From the NCBI GenBank assembly GCA_963695345.1, contig OY968769.1, positions 1,440,001 to 1,504,000 of the forward strand: 64,000 nt of DNA, given 5' to 3'. A program made the translations under genes and the position numbers. This stretch comes from an uncultured Methanomassiliicoccales archaeon. Lineage in GTDB: Archaea; Thermoplasmatota; Thermoplasmata; Methanomassiliicoccales; UBA472. Every line of letters starts with the position of its first letter. The stretch's first letter is position 1. Positions 30,444 through 40,749 of the stretch are shown piece after piece. The notes below the pieces were generated by a model. That model was not told the origin of the DNA. It did not search any database and worked only from the letters and a program-made list of their open reading frames with translations.

Positions 30444-30896
30444 ATGGCCGATGACCAGTCCAAGAAGATCGAGGAGCTCACCGCTCGCATCGCCGAGCTG
30501 GAGAGCGCGGTCCGGGAGGTGGCCAGGCCATACTCTGAACTGGTCGAGCAGCTCTCTCGTTTCCAGGACACGGTCCAGAAATACTTCCGGCTCATGGACC
30601 TGTACCAGCGGCATGGGGTGATATCCATCGAGACCATCCTGCCCGGTGTCAAGGACCCGATCGCCAAGGACATCATGAGGTTGCTGCTGGACAAGCCTGG
30701 TCTCAACATCTCCGAGATCACCGAGGAGCTGAGGCAAAGGAGAGGCAGTGCTTCCCGGAGGATAGTCAGGGACCGTCTCGGCGAACTGTTGGAGCAAGGG
30801 ATGGTTACCGAGCGGTCGGGGAAGAAGGAGAAGACCTTCGAGATATCCGAGGCGGTGGTCAGGAAATGGTCAGAAGTGCTCGGATTGACCAAGTAG
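30444..30896 (+). CDS. Coiled-coil + winged-HTH transcriptional regulator
   Basis: N-terminal heptad repeats; LNISEITEELRQRRGSASRRIVRDRLGELLEQGMV wHTH. Confidence 0.75.
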   Translation: MADDQSKKIEELTARIAELESAVREVARPYSELVEQLSRFQDTVQKYFRLMDLYQRHGVISIETILPGVKDPIAKDIMRLLLDKPGLNISEITEELRQRRGSASRRIVRDRLGELLEQGMVTERSGKKEKTFEISEAVVRKWSEVLGLTK

Positions 30897-30966
30897 GGTG
30901 GCCGGCCATTGATGTCCAAGTAGGATCGGGGTACGGCGAGGTAAGGCATGGAATAAGGTGAAGGAA

Positions 30967-31293
30967 ATGGCGAACGATGACATGATCAAGAACGTCGAGG
31001 ACATGCGTAAGCTCTTCGAGATACTGACGGAACAGGTGCCTCGGCTGATGGAGAGCTTGACCCGGGTCCTCTACGGGGCACAGGAAGGGGAGAGGTTCGG
31101 ACAGTCGGTGGCGGCGTTCTACAAATCGCTGCGGGCCGCCGGCATGACGAACCAGGAAGCGTTCGAGCTGACCAGGGAATACATGTCGACCCTCAGCCTC
31201 GGCGGCATGCTGAAGATGATCGTGGGGTCACAGACCGGTGGCGATGGGGCGATCCGCGAAAAGATAAGGCGCGAGATGGAAGAGGGCGAATGA
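30967..31293 (+). CDS. Hypothetical protein (FYxSL-x-A-x-G helical motif)
   Basis: ORF with an SD-like AGGTGA upstream and host-like codons; in operon with the HTH gene. Confidence 0.7.
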   Translation: MANDDMIKNVEDMRKLFEILTEQVPRLMESLTRVLYGAQEGERFGQSVAAFYKSLRAAGMTNQEAFELTREYMSTLSLGGMLKMIVGSQTGGDGAIREKIRREMEEGE

Positions 31294-31535
31294 TGGGTCG
31301 GCATGGAGACGGGGCGGTCATCGCCATTGTCGCCAGCATGCCCATGCTCACATACCGTCTGCTCCGTACCTATCTCCGGGCGAAGGGGCAGGCCAAGAGA
31401 GCTTCCAAGGAGTTCTACCGTTCATTGATCGCCGGCGGACTCCCGAAACGAGAGGCGAGAGCTTTGCGGGACGAGTATGGCGCCGGCATGAGCCTTACCT
31501 CGCTCATCCGGGACCTTTCCTTCAGGTCGCGCTGA
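31290..31535 (+). CDS. Hypothetical protein, partial paralogue of the upstream ORF
   Basis: ATGA overlap; EFYRSLIAGGLPKREARALRDEY resembles AFYKSLRAAGMTNQEAFELTREY. Confidence 0.65.
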   Translation: MMGRHGDGAVIAIVASMPMLTYRLLRTYLRAKGQAKRASKEFYRSLIAGGLPKREARALRDEYGAGMSLTSLIRDLSFRSR

Positions 31536-31567
31536 ATCGTTAAAAAAATAAGAGATTGGGTTGGGGT

Positions 31568-32473
31568 TTACTTGCGGAGCAGGTATTCCAGCACTCCGAA
31601 GCCCACGTCGTCGTCCAGCTTGAACTTCGCCAGGGTCTCGAAGATGACCGGGGTGCGCTTCTCGTCCTCGTTCATCGGGAGCATTACCTTCCGCTTCACG
31701 ACGGCCTTGACGCCGTAGACGTCCCCGTCCTTGTCGTACATCGCCAGGTACAGTTCGCTCGGGGTGCCCTCGGCATCGAACTCGTGCGCCATGTCGACCT
31801 TGACGATCGGCAGCGTGACCCCATCCTGGTGGATGAAACCGGCGTCGATCTCTCCCTTGTCGGTGTACAGCTTGGTGATGTTGAAAGCGTAGCCATCGTT
31901 GAACTGGCAGGTGATCCAGACCCATCTGCCAGCGGCAGACCAGTCGCGCACTCCCCAGGAGTGGTCCCTCTCGCCCAAGGCGTCGACCGCGTACTCGCGG
32001 TCACCGATCTTGATCTTTCCCTTGACCTTGCCGAACTGCTCGAAGTGCTCCGAGGCAACGTTCTGGGAGAGGATCTCCTTCTCGCTGCTGACGGCGTTGC
32101 GGTAATCGAACATGGCGTTCAGGGCGTCGAACTCAAGGTCGAACTTGACGTTGACCTTGGATATCTCGTCCTTCAGTTGCCGGGGCAGCTCTCCCTCGAA
32201 CCTGATCGCCCATTTCTTTTCCGACTCGATCTTCTCCAGCACCAGTCCGGCTGACGCTAGGTCGTTGTCTGCCATCTCGGACTTGGCCCTTGTCCCGATG
32301 GTCGAGCCATCCGGCATTAGGAAGTAACAGAACGCGGTCTTCTCCTTCTTGTTGGGCACCAATCCAATCCTCATGAAGCCGAGAATGTCGTTGCCTCTAT
32401 CGTAGAGATTGAAGTAGAAGCTCTCGTTCCAGTCCTTGTTCTCGCCGAATTCGTGTATGACGTCTGAGTCCAA
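31568..32473 (-). CDS. Beta-barrel lipocalin/AttH/tocopherol-cyclase-like protein
   Basis: WNESFYFN, HFEQFG, GERDHSWGVRDW and GFGVLEY motifs; probable TTG start at 32473, just after the upstream gene. Confidence 0.6.
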   Translation of the reverse strand: MDSDVIHEFGENKDWNESFYFNLYDRGNDILGFMRIGLVPNKKEKTAFCYFLMPDGSTIGTRAKSEMADNDLASAGLVLEKIESEKKWAIRFEGELPRQLKDEISKVNVKFDLEFDALNAMFDYRNAVSSEKEILSQNVASEHFEQFGKVKGKIKIGDREYAVDALGERDHSWGVRDWSAAGRWVWITCQFNDGYAFNITKLYTDKGEIDAGFIHQDGVTLPIVKVDMAHEFDAEGTPSELYLAMYDKDGDVYGVKAVVKRKVMLPMNEDEKRTPVIFETLAKFKLDDDVGFGVLEYLLRK

Positions 32474-32478
32474 ATAAA

Positions 32479-35105
32479 TCAGCCTTCCGATATGTATATT
32501 AGGCCTTCGTTCCCGTTTAGGGTTATTCTCTGCCCTGATTTGAATATTTTCGTTGCGCCCTTCACGGCGGTGACGGCCGGGATGCCGTATTCCCGGGAGA
32601 CCACGGCCCCATGGGATAAAATCCCTCCGGTCTCCGTGATCAAACCGCCGATCTTCGAGAACACCGCCGTCCAACCCGGATCGGTGTTCGAGGTGACGAG
32701 TATCTCGCCGGATTCCACGTTCTTCAGTTCATCGATGGAACGGACCACCCGGATGACGCCGGTCACCATGCCCGGGCTGGCCGCTGTCCCGGTGATCCGG
32801 GTGGTGTTTCCGGTTATCTCCACGGTGTCGTCGAACTCGATCCTGCCCTGGAGGAATTTGGGCGGGAGCTCGTCCCCGTAACGCTGGAACTCGGTGATCC
32901 GGGTGCGAACGGCCTCCCTCACGTTCCCTCCCCGCCCTTCGGCCTGATCGAACACCTCCTCCTTGTCAAGGAAGAAGACGTCGCTCGGTTTCTCCAAAGC
33001 ACCACGTTCCGCCAGCCTTCTCCCGTACTCCATGAACAGCCGCCTGGCGCGGAACAGCTGCTCGTCCAGGTAGAACCTCTGGTTCTCCCGGAACATCATG
33101 TAGGTCTGGGCGAACTTGATGACGATCTTGAACACCGGTTTCTTGAAACTGCCGTACCTGACCCCGGAGAGCCGGTCCATTATCTCCCGCTGGGCCTTGT
33201 GCCTCTCCGCCACCTTCCGGGTCTCCATGGCCTCCAGATCGACCTCCGGCGATGAGGCCAATGAACGGACTATGTCCAGGACCAGGGCTGGGTCGTCTGA
33301 CCACCTGGCATAGTAGATCTCCCGCGTGTGCGAGCGGTGTCCGTAGGCGTGCATGAACTGTTCGAAGGCAGCCTTGAACCCCGCCAATGCCTGCTCCCCG
33401 TCCATCTCGCCGAGGAACTCCGACGATGGGAGGGCCATCAACCTTCCTTTCACCGCGGCGTCCCTCCTCGCGATCTGGGCCAACCGGTACAGCTCGATGT
33501 TGGTCTCGATGGTCTTGTTCCCTCTCAGGCCAGAGACGATCTTCGAGTAGAGCACACCATCCGCATCGCCGACCCACTTGGTCAGCCAGGTCTTCAGGAT
33601 CAGGTTGGTCCCGATGGAATGGGTGACCATCCCGTAGCGGATGAGCCGGTAGTGCTTCAGGCAGGCCTCTTCCAGATAATCGAACTCATGGTGCAGCTCC
33701 CGGTCGTTCAGCTTCGTGAGGTCCAACGCATCGTAGCGGGCCATTTTCCTCATGTAGGTCTTGGCCCAGCGCCGGTACGCCCGGTCGTTGGTGATGATGG
33801 TCCCGTCCCGGTCAAGGATGGATATCCTTACTTCCGCCCAGACCCTGGGCACGATCTTGGTCGGCGCGTTGGCGATGCGGACCCGGTCCTGCTCAGGGAA
33901 ATAGTTCAGCAGCTCCTTTGTCCGGGAGAACCGCGGATTATAGGTGAAGATCTCTTCCAGTACGAAGGTGTTGAAGTAGATGTGGGCCTTGTGCAGCCGG
34001 AGCAGCGGCACACCATCCAGGGAGCGGTATCCCATGATCCTGGCGCCTTCCCAGTTGACATATTTGGTGAGATATTCGCCCATGTACGAATAGAACAGCG
34101 GCGTGGTGGCATCCGCCCAGTACTCATCGCCATAGGCCCTGGTCCATACCGTCTCCTTATTCTCCAGAGTGGTGATCGGCCGGCACTGGAGGATCCTGAT
34201 CCCTCCGCTGTCCACCGCCCATTCGATGTCCTGAGGCGAACCAAAGTGCTTCTCCAGTTTCATCCCGATCAGGGCCAGCTCCTCGGCTGTTCGGTCATCC
34301 AGGGCAGGCTGCATCTGCTTCTCCAGGTCGATGTCGACCGGCACGCTCGTCCTCTGAACGGAGGAACAAGCCCTTCATCTTCCGGTTGATGCGCCTATCG
34401 ATCAGCTGCAGCCTTTTCCGATCGCACACGATACCGGTCTGGCATGACGATGCCGGAGGCGATGGATTCGCCCAGTCCCCAGCTGGCCTCGATCACGACC
34501 TCGTCCTTCTTGCCGATCGGGTCGATGGTGAACATGATCCCGGAGGAGACCGCGTCCACCATGCCCTGGACGACGACGGCGATCCCGGTGGCGGTCTGGT
34601 CCACGCCCCGGTCATGGCGATAGGTCATGGCCCGGGCCGTCCAGTAGGAGGCCCAGCATCTCTTTGCGTTCTGCGAGACGTCCATGGGCCGGACGTTCAG
34701 GAAGGTGTCCTGCTGGCCGGCGAAGGAGGCGTCGTCCTTGTCCTCGGCGATGGCCGACGACCTCACCGCGAACAGTGCTCCCTCGGCGAAGGTCGAGCAG
34801 GCGGTATGCAGCGATGTCCGCAGCTCCCCGCTGATGGTATGCGAGAGTATGATCTCACGGATGCTGTTGGAAGCGATGTTGACCGCCTCGCTGTCCTGGA
34901 AGTCCGTTTTCCCGATCCTTTCCTTGATCGCCGTGTCCAAGTCGTTGTCGGTTAAGAATCGTTCATAGATCGACACTGGAATGACAAAGGCGTTTGGCAC
35001 GGAGAACCCATCACGGGCCATGCGGGCGAGGTTCAGGGCCTTGCCGCCTACCTGGACCAGATCTTCATCTTTGATGTCCGCCAAAAACAGTAAAGGTTCG
35101 ATCAA
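32479..35105 (-). CDS. PEP-utilising enzyme with rifampin-phosphotransferase-like architecture (ATP-grasp, substrate domain, C-terminal phospho-His domain); two frameshifts near 34430 and 34350
   Basis: VGGKALNL, AVRSSA..ED...SFAGQQDTFLN, QDIEWA, LQCRPITTL, YGHR and TDPGWT...ETGGILSHGAVVSREYGIPAV. Confidence 0.82.
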
Positions 35106-35138
35106 TGTAGCGCCCCGAGATGTCGATTCCGCTTCGAA

Positions 35139-35567
35139 TCACTTCTCTGATGCTAAAGGATTTCGTTGACCCTTGGCGTCCCCTGCCGGATCCGCTTCCT
35201 TCCTCTTGATGGCCGCCGCGTACGCTTCCTTCAGCAATGTTTTCAGTGATTCGGACTCGGCATCCGCCCGCCCATTGATGATCGCGACGGCATGCGACCG
35301 GCCATTCCCTGACAGCAGACCGTCCGGGTCTGGAAGTTCCCGGCCCCGGTAGAAACCGATGGACCATCCGGCCTTGGAATGCCTCAAGACCACCACTGTA
35401 CCCTTGTAGCCTTCACCCACCATGTAGGCCAGCAGACTTGCTTTCTCGTCCACGACCTCCTCCGTGTCGGGAATGGTGCTCATTATCACCGATCTGATCT
35501 GCAAGCCCAATTTCGACGCCTTGCCTTTATTGGCTAACCACACTTCACCGGGGACCGGTTCGGCCAT
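35139..35567 (-). CDS. Hypothetical protein (DUF1801-like)
   Basis: IGFYRGRELPDPDGLLSGNG resembles the DUF1801 C-terminal motif. Confidence 0.55.
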   Translation of the reverse strand: MAEPVPGEVWLANKGKASKLGLQIRSVIMSTIPDTEEVVDEKASLLAYMVGEGYKGTVVVLRHSKAGWSIGFYRGRELPDPDGLLSGNGRSHAVAIINGRADAESESLKTLLKEAYAAAIKRKEADPAGDAKGQRNPLASEK

Positions 35568-35673
35568 GCATCGTCCATGGCGCTAGTCGTTGATATCCCT
35601 TTTCTGTGCTGCGTACGACATTTCGCAGCCGGTCATGAACTGTTATATCCCGCCAGGTCCATGGAGAGGATGT

Positions 35674-36447
35674 ATGCGAGAGATGCTCGAGAACATTGCT
35701 GAAGAGGTCCGGAAGAAGGTAAACTCCCTGCCCAAGGACTTCGACAGGTCCAAGGAGCTGTGCATGGGAGCGGACGGAACCCCGACGCTCAGCATCGACA
35801 AGGTCGCCGAGGATGTCATCATCGAACACATCACCGATAACGGGATCCCGCTGAACATCCTGAGCGAGGAGGCGGGTTTCATCGACAACCGGGCGGAGAA
35901 GACATTGGTCATCGACCCGATCGATGGCACCTACAACTCCGTCATGGGGATCCCTTTTTACAGCGTGTCCATGGCCATCGGCACCAAGAGCCTGGCGGAT
36001 GTCGAGGCAGGGCTGGTCCAGAACGTGATCACCGGAGAGACATTCTATGCCGAATCAGGAAAGGGCGCGTTCCAGGACGGTTGCCGGATGAAGGTCCGGA
36101 AATATGTCCAGAAGCAATCCACATTCTTCGTGTATATCGGCAGGCACTCCAAGCCGGAGTGCTACGGCGCGACCAAGAAGGCCAACCGCTCCCGGTCCAT
36201 GGGGTGCGCGTCCTTGGAGATGTGCATGGTGGCCAAGGGGAGCGCGGACGGGTACTATTTTAACGCGGACCACTATGATAAATCCGTCAGGGTGATAGAC
36301 ATCGCCGCCAGCGCCCTGATCCTCCGTGAGGCGGGAGGGGAGATAGTGGACCTGTCGGGCAACCGGCTGGACATGCCGTTCAACCTGAAGGTAAGGAGCA
36401 ATTTCCTGGCATATGGCGATGAAGTGGTCAAAGGGGTGCTGTTATGA
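35674..36447 (+). CDS. Inositol monophosphatase/FBPase family protein (possible NADP phosphatase)
   Basis: GADGTPT..ID..AE, LSEE, IDPIDGTYN and DIAASALILREAGG motifs. Confidence 0.88.
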   Translation: MREMLENIAEEVRKKVNSLPKDFDRSKELCMGADGTPTLSIDKVAEDVIIEHITDNGIPLNILSEEAGFIDNRAEKTLVIDPIDGTYNSVMGIPFYSVSMAIGTKSLADVEAGLVQNVITGETFYAESGKGAFQDGCRMKVRKYVQKQSTFFVYIGRHSKPECYGATKKANRSRSMGCASLEMCMVAKGSADGYYFNADHYDKSVRVIDIAASALILREAGGEIVDLSGNRLDMPFNLKVRSNFLAYGDEVVKGVLL

Positions 36448-37253
36448 GGTTCGGGATGAGCGTGAACATGGACGTGCCGGACGCGACGCGAATGGCCAGG
36501 CGAGCGCTGCAACTTCTGGAGGGACACGAGGTCCTGCTGGAGAACGAGATCGCCGAGCGCTTCAAGCTGAAGGGCTGCAGCATAGAGGACATGGACGTGG
36601 ACGTCATGATCACCATAGGCGGCGACGGGACCATTCTTAGGACCGCTCAACGCCATAAGGCGCCCATCTTCGGCATCAACGCTGGCGACCTGGGGTTCCT
36701 GACGGAGGTGGCGGACGAGGAGCTGGAGGAAGGCTTGGAGAACATCCTCAAGGGCAACTACGATGTCGTCTCCCGCCTGAAGCTGAAGACCACCATCAAC
36801 AAGAAGCGCCTTCCCGACGCGGTCAACGAGGCGGTCGTGCATACCGCCCATGTGGCCAAGATACGGCACTTCCAGGTGTTCGTCGACGATGAGCTGGCAG
36901 TGAACGTGAGGGCGGACGGCATCATCATCTCCACCCCCACAGGATCGACCTGCTATGCAATGAGCGTGGGAGCGCCGCTGGTGGACCCGCGGGTGGAGGC
37001 TTTGGTGATTGCTCCGATGGCCCCGTTCAAGTTCGCTGCGCGTCCGGTGGTCGTCCCTTCCACCAGCAAGATCACCCTCAAGGTGGTGCGGCCTAAGGAA
37101 TGCGTCGTCGTGGTGGACGGTCAGGAGGAGGAGGCCATGGCCGGGAACGAGACGGTCGAGTTCAGCGTTTCGGAGACCAAGGCCCGCTTCGTCTCGTTCG
37201 GTCGGAGCTTCTACTCCCGGACCCGGGAGAAATTGATGGGATCGCTATGCTAG
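36444..37253 (+). CDS. nadK: NAD kinase
   Basis: GGDGTIL, GINAGDLGFL, NE and ADGIIISTPTGSTCYAMSVG motifs. Confidence 0.92.
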   Translation: MRFGMSVNMDVPDATRMARRALQLLEGHEVLLENEIAERFKLKGCSIEDMDVDVMITIGGDGTILRTAQRHKAPIFGINAGDLGFLTEVADEELEEGLENILKGNYDVVSRLKLKTTINKKRLPDAVNEAVVHTAHVAKIRHFQVFVDDELAVNVRADGIIISTPTGSTCYAMSVGAPLVDPRVEALVIAPMAPFKFAARPVVVPSTSKITLKVVRPKECVVVVDGQEEEAMAGNETVEFSVSETKARFVSFGRSFYSRTREKLMGSLC

Positions 37254-37639
37254 GGAAGAAACGGAAGGTCTGGGGCATCGACCGGCAGGTCCTGGAGATG
37301 GTAAACGAATCGGCCAGACAGTCCCTTCCGAACGAATTCGTGGCGGCGATGAGGGCGGAGGAGGGCGTGATCTCAGAATTGCTGTTCCTTCCTGGAACGA
37401 TACAGGGAGAGGACAACGCCACCCTGTTCCTGCACATGCTCCCGATCGACTACTCGGTCGTCGGCACGGTGCATTCCCATCCCGGTCCCAGCAACCATTG
37501 GTCGGACGCCGACCTGCAGCTGTTCCGGCGCTTCGGGAACACCCATATCATCACCAAACTGCCATATGACATGCACAGCTGGCAGGCCTACGATATGGAA
37601 GGGAACAGGATCGAGCTCGAGGTCGTCGACCTGGATTAG
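37247..37639 (+). CDS. JAMM/MPN+ metalloprotease (Mov34 family)
   Basis: PNE ... VHSHPGPSNHWSDADL (E-x-HxH-x7-S-x2-D); start MLGKKRK. Confidence 0.85.
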   Translation: MLGKKRKVWGIDRQVLEMVNESARQSLPNEFVAAMRAEEGVISELLFLPGTIQGEDNATLFLHMLPIDYSVVGTVHSHPGPSNHWSDADLQLFRRFGNTHIITKLPYDMHSWQAYDMEGNRIELEVVDLD

Positions 37640-38862
37640 AATATCCGGCTGTCTGGCCCGATCTCGCCCTTGGCGATCGCGCCCATTCCCACGATCGACC
37701 TTTCCCCTATGATCGTTCCCGGCTCGATCATGCTGTTGATGCCGGTCTTGACGTCATCGCCCATGATGACACCGAGCTTCCTGGTTCCAGCGTCTATCGA
37801 GCTCCCTTTGAACGAGACCTTGACATTCTTGTCATCGAAACGGAGGTTGGCGACTTTTGTGCCGGCACCGAAATTGCACCGTTCCCCGACGATGCTGTCC
37901 CCGACATAGTTGTGATGGGGGACATGCGTTCCGCTCATCACGATGGAGTTCTTTATCTCGACGGCCGCACCTACCCGGACGTTCTTTCCCAGGCAGGTGG
38001 ACGGCCGGATGTAGCAGTTCGGGCCGATATCGCAGCCGGCGGAGATGTAGACCGGCCCCTCGATGTAGCAGCCAGCGCGTACCAGCGCCCCCTTCTCCAC
38101 CACTACCTTGCCCTTCAGGGTGGCTCCCTCCTCGACGACCCCCTCGATGCGCCGTTCTAGGTTCGCCATCAGGATCTCGTTGGCCTTGAGCAGGTCCCAG
38201 GGCCTTCCGACATCCATCCAGGGTCCCTGCAGCCGATAGATGTTGATGTCCATTTTGCCGGCCATCATGTTGAGCGTGTCGGTGATCTCGTACTCTCCGC
38301 GGAGCGACTTCTCCGTTCTCTTGATGAATTCGAAAACCTGGGGGGTGAACACGAACAGCCCCGCGTTGATCATGTTGCTGGGCGCCACCTTGGGCTTCTC
38401 CACGATCCGCACCATCTTTCCATGGGATTCCTCAATGACCCCGAACCTGGTGGGGTCGTCCACGGTGACCGTGGCCATTATCGTTCCGCGGCTATGGCGA
38501 TGGGCCTCCACGACTGCCACGATGTCCTTTTCCGACAACACCACGTCGCCATTGATGCACACGAAGTCCTCGTCCATGAATCCCTCGGCGACCCCGATCG
38601 CGTTCGCCGTACCGAGCCTCTCCTTCTGCTCCAGGTAGGTGATGTGGATCCCTTCCGAGGCGCCCTCGCCATAGCATTCCCTGATGCGGTTGCTCTTGAA
38701 CCCGACCAGCAGAGCGATGTCCTCGATGCCTGCCGCCTTTAGGCTGGCGAACAGGTGGCTCAGATATGGTTTCCCCGCCACCAGCAACAGCGGCTTAGGG
38801 GTGTTCGACGTCAAAGGCCTGAGCCGGGCACCTTCGCCGGCAGCCAGAATTAGGGCTTTCAT
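37636..38862 (-). CDS. glmU: Bifunctional sugar-1-phosphate nucleotidyltransferase/acetyltransferase (archaeal GlmU)
   Basis: ILAAGEGARLRPLT..PKPL, LGTANA, RGEYEITD and LbH repeats with HHNYVGDS and NFGAGT. Confidence 0.88.
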   Translation of the reverse strand: MKALILAAGEGARLRPLTSNTPKPLLLVAGKPYLSHLFASLKAAGIEDIALLVGFKSNRIRECYGEGASEGIHITYLEQKERLGTANAIGVAEGFMDEDFVCINGDVVLSEKDIVAVVEAHRHSRGTIMATVTVDDPTRFGVIEESHGKMVRIVEKPKVAPSNMINAGLFVFTPQVFEFIKRTEKSLRGEYEITDTLNMMAGKMDINIYRLQGPWMDVGRPWDLLKANEILMANLERRIEGVVEEGATLKGKVVVEKGALVRAGCYIEGPVYISAGCDIGPNCYIRPSTCLGKNVRVGAAVEIKNSIVMSGTHVPHHNYVGDSIVGERCNFGAGTKVANLRFDDKNVKVSFKGSSIDAGTRKLGVIMGDDVKTGINSMIEPGTIIGERSIVGMGAIAKGEIGPDSRIF

Positions 38863-40164
38863 TTCATGCACCTCTTTACGATGGTACGGGCCTGACCCAT
38901 CAGCCTCTCCAGTTCGTCCTGGCTCCGGGCCTCGGCCGAAATCCGCAGCTTCGGCTCGGTTCCAGAGAGTCTCATCAGGTACCACCCACCGTCGAACTCG
39001 GCCCGGAACCCGTCAACGGTTATCAGGCGGTTGCAGCTGACCCCGGCCATCTCCTCTGCCATCTTGGAGTTCAAGGCCTCACGATTGGCCGCGGGGAAAA
39101 CGAACGACTCCCTGGCCCTGGGATAGGACGGAAGCGCGTCTATCATCTCCGACAGCGGCTGCTCCTGGGTGTACTTCGCCAGCAAGGCCGCGGCGTACAC
39201 GCCGTCCGGGCAATAGGTCTCCTTGGGGAAGATGAACGTTCCTGAGGGCTCGCCGCCGAAGGGCAGCCCGGTCCGCTTGAGCGCCTCCGCCACATAGACG
39301 TCCCCCACCTTGGTGCGTACGACGTTGCCCTTGACCATGTCGTCCAGCACCATGGAAGCGTCGATCGGCGCCACCAGCCCGGTAGCTCCCAGGACCGAGG
39401 CGAATAGGGCCAATAGCTTGTCCCCATCGACAAAATGTCCCTTCTCGTCGACCGCCACCATCCGGTCCCCGTCGCCGTCATGGGCGATACCTAGGTCAGC
39501 TCCCCGTCCTACGACGTTCTTCATGAGGTCGGTCAGCTGTTCCTCGGTCGGTTCCGGCATCCTGCCGGGGAAGTAACCGTCAGGCTGGGCGTTAAGGGAG
39601 AGGACGCTGCACCCCATCTCCCGTAGCAGCAGCGGGCTTATGTTGAACGTGGCACCGCAGGCGCAGTCCACCACGACGCTGATGTCCGAACTGCCAACGG
39701 AACCGATCACCGCACTGATGTGATCATTTACAGCGTTCCGGTGAACGTATTCCTGGCCTATGTCCCTCCATGAAGGTTTTCTGGATCCGCCGTTCTCGAT
39801 CAGGCGTTCCACCCGTTCCATCTGGTCGGTGTCGAACGCGCTTCCATCCGGGTTCCACATCTTGACCCCGTTGTACTCCTTGGGGTTATGGGACGCGGTG
39901 ATCATCAGTCCGCAATCGTAATCGGCGGCGGCCCTTGCCAGTGTCGGTGTGGACACCATTCCCGGCCATGAAGACATCGGCCCCGGAGGAATTTGCACCG
40001 GCGGCCAAGGCTCTCTCCATCATGTCCCCGCTGGTCCTGGTGTCCTTTCCGATCACGATCTTGCCATATTCATCGCCCACAGCCATTCCTATCTTGAGCA
40101 CCAGGCTAGATGTGATCTCTTGGCCTACCAAGCCACGGATCCCCGAAGAACCGAAAAGTGTCAT
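38859..40164 (-). CDS. glmM: Phosphoglucosamine mutase; one frameshift near 39962
   Basis: MTLFGSSGIRG in one frame; TASHNP, DGDGDR, GGEPSG and RLSGTEP in the next; coupled to glmU. Confidence 0.85.
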
Positions 40165-40382
40165 GAGTCTCAGCGCTGAGGGAATCACTCTTCCTCGATA
40201 TATCATTACCTGACCTAGTTCGGCCAGTGCTTCTAACGGTCTTGCCAGCATGTTTTGGTGATGGTGTCTGGGTGATGCATATCCGCGATGCGAAATGCCT
40301 ATATCTGCTGGCTCCCAAGCGCATTCTTCTCTATGGGGATTTAAAGGAAATGACTACTGGGAGCCTAACATTATGAGATAAA

Positions 40383-40393
40383 TTTTATATATA
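40383..40393 (+). promoter_or_regulatory. Strong TATA box upstream of the small basic protein
   Basis: TTTTATATATA preceded by an A-rich BRE-like stretch. Confidence 0.55.
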
Positions 40394-40459
40394 GGTCACG
40401 TTCATTACTTACTGGATAGTTGGCCAGTATCCGGCCAAATGTCAAAGGAGGGATATCAT

Positions 40460-40684
40460 ATGGTGATGGAACAGATTAGCCTCGACAAGGCCAAGGAGAT
40501 CGCTAAGAAGAAGGGTCTCAAGCCGGGCCGTGTAAAGGGAACGAACGGGATTCAGTTCACAAAGGGAAGCAACGCCCGCCTCGAGATCGTCTCATGGGAT
40601 GACTTTGAGAAGACCCTCGGCAAGAGGGGACTCGCAGTATACGAGTCCGGCGGCTGGATGAAAATAATGAAGAAGGCCAAGTAA
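40460..40684 (+). CDS. Small Lys-rich protein (74 aa), candidate nucleoid-associated protein
   Basis: SD GGAGG, own TATA box, T-rich terminator-like tract near 40720-40745, and strongly basic composition. Confidence 0.75.
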   Translation: MVMEQISLDKAKEIAKKKGLKPGRVKGTNGIQFTKGSNARLEIVSWDDFEKTLGKRGLAVYESGGWMKIMKKAK

Positions 40685-40749
40685 GGCCTTCCCTCACTCG
40701 GTCAAACCCGATCAAACTCCTTTCTTACGTTTTTCTATTTCTCTTCGGA

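Noticed and set aside
40106-40324. 72-aa ORF upstream of glmM
   Set aside because: Atypical composition, overlap with the glmM start and no recognisable family.
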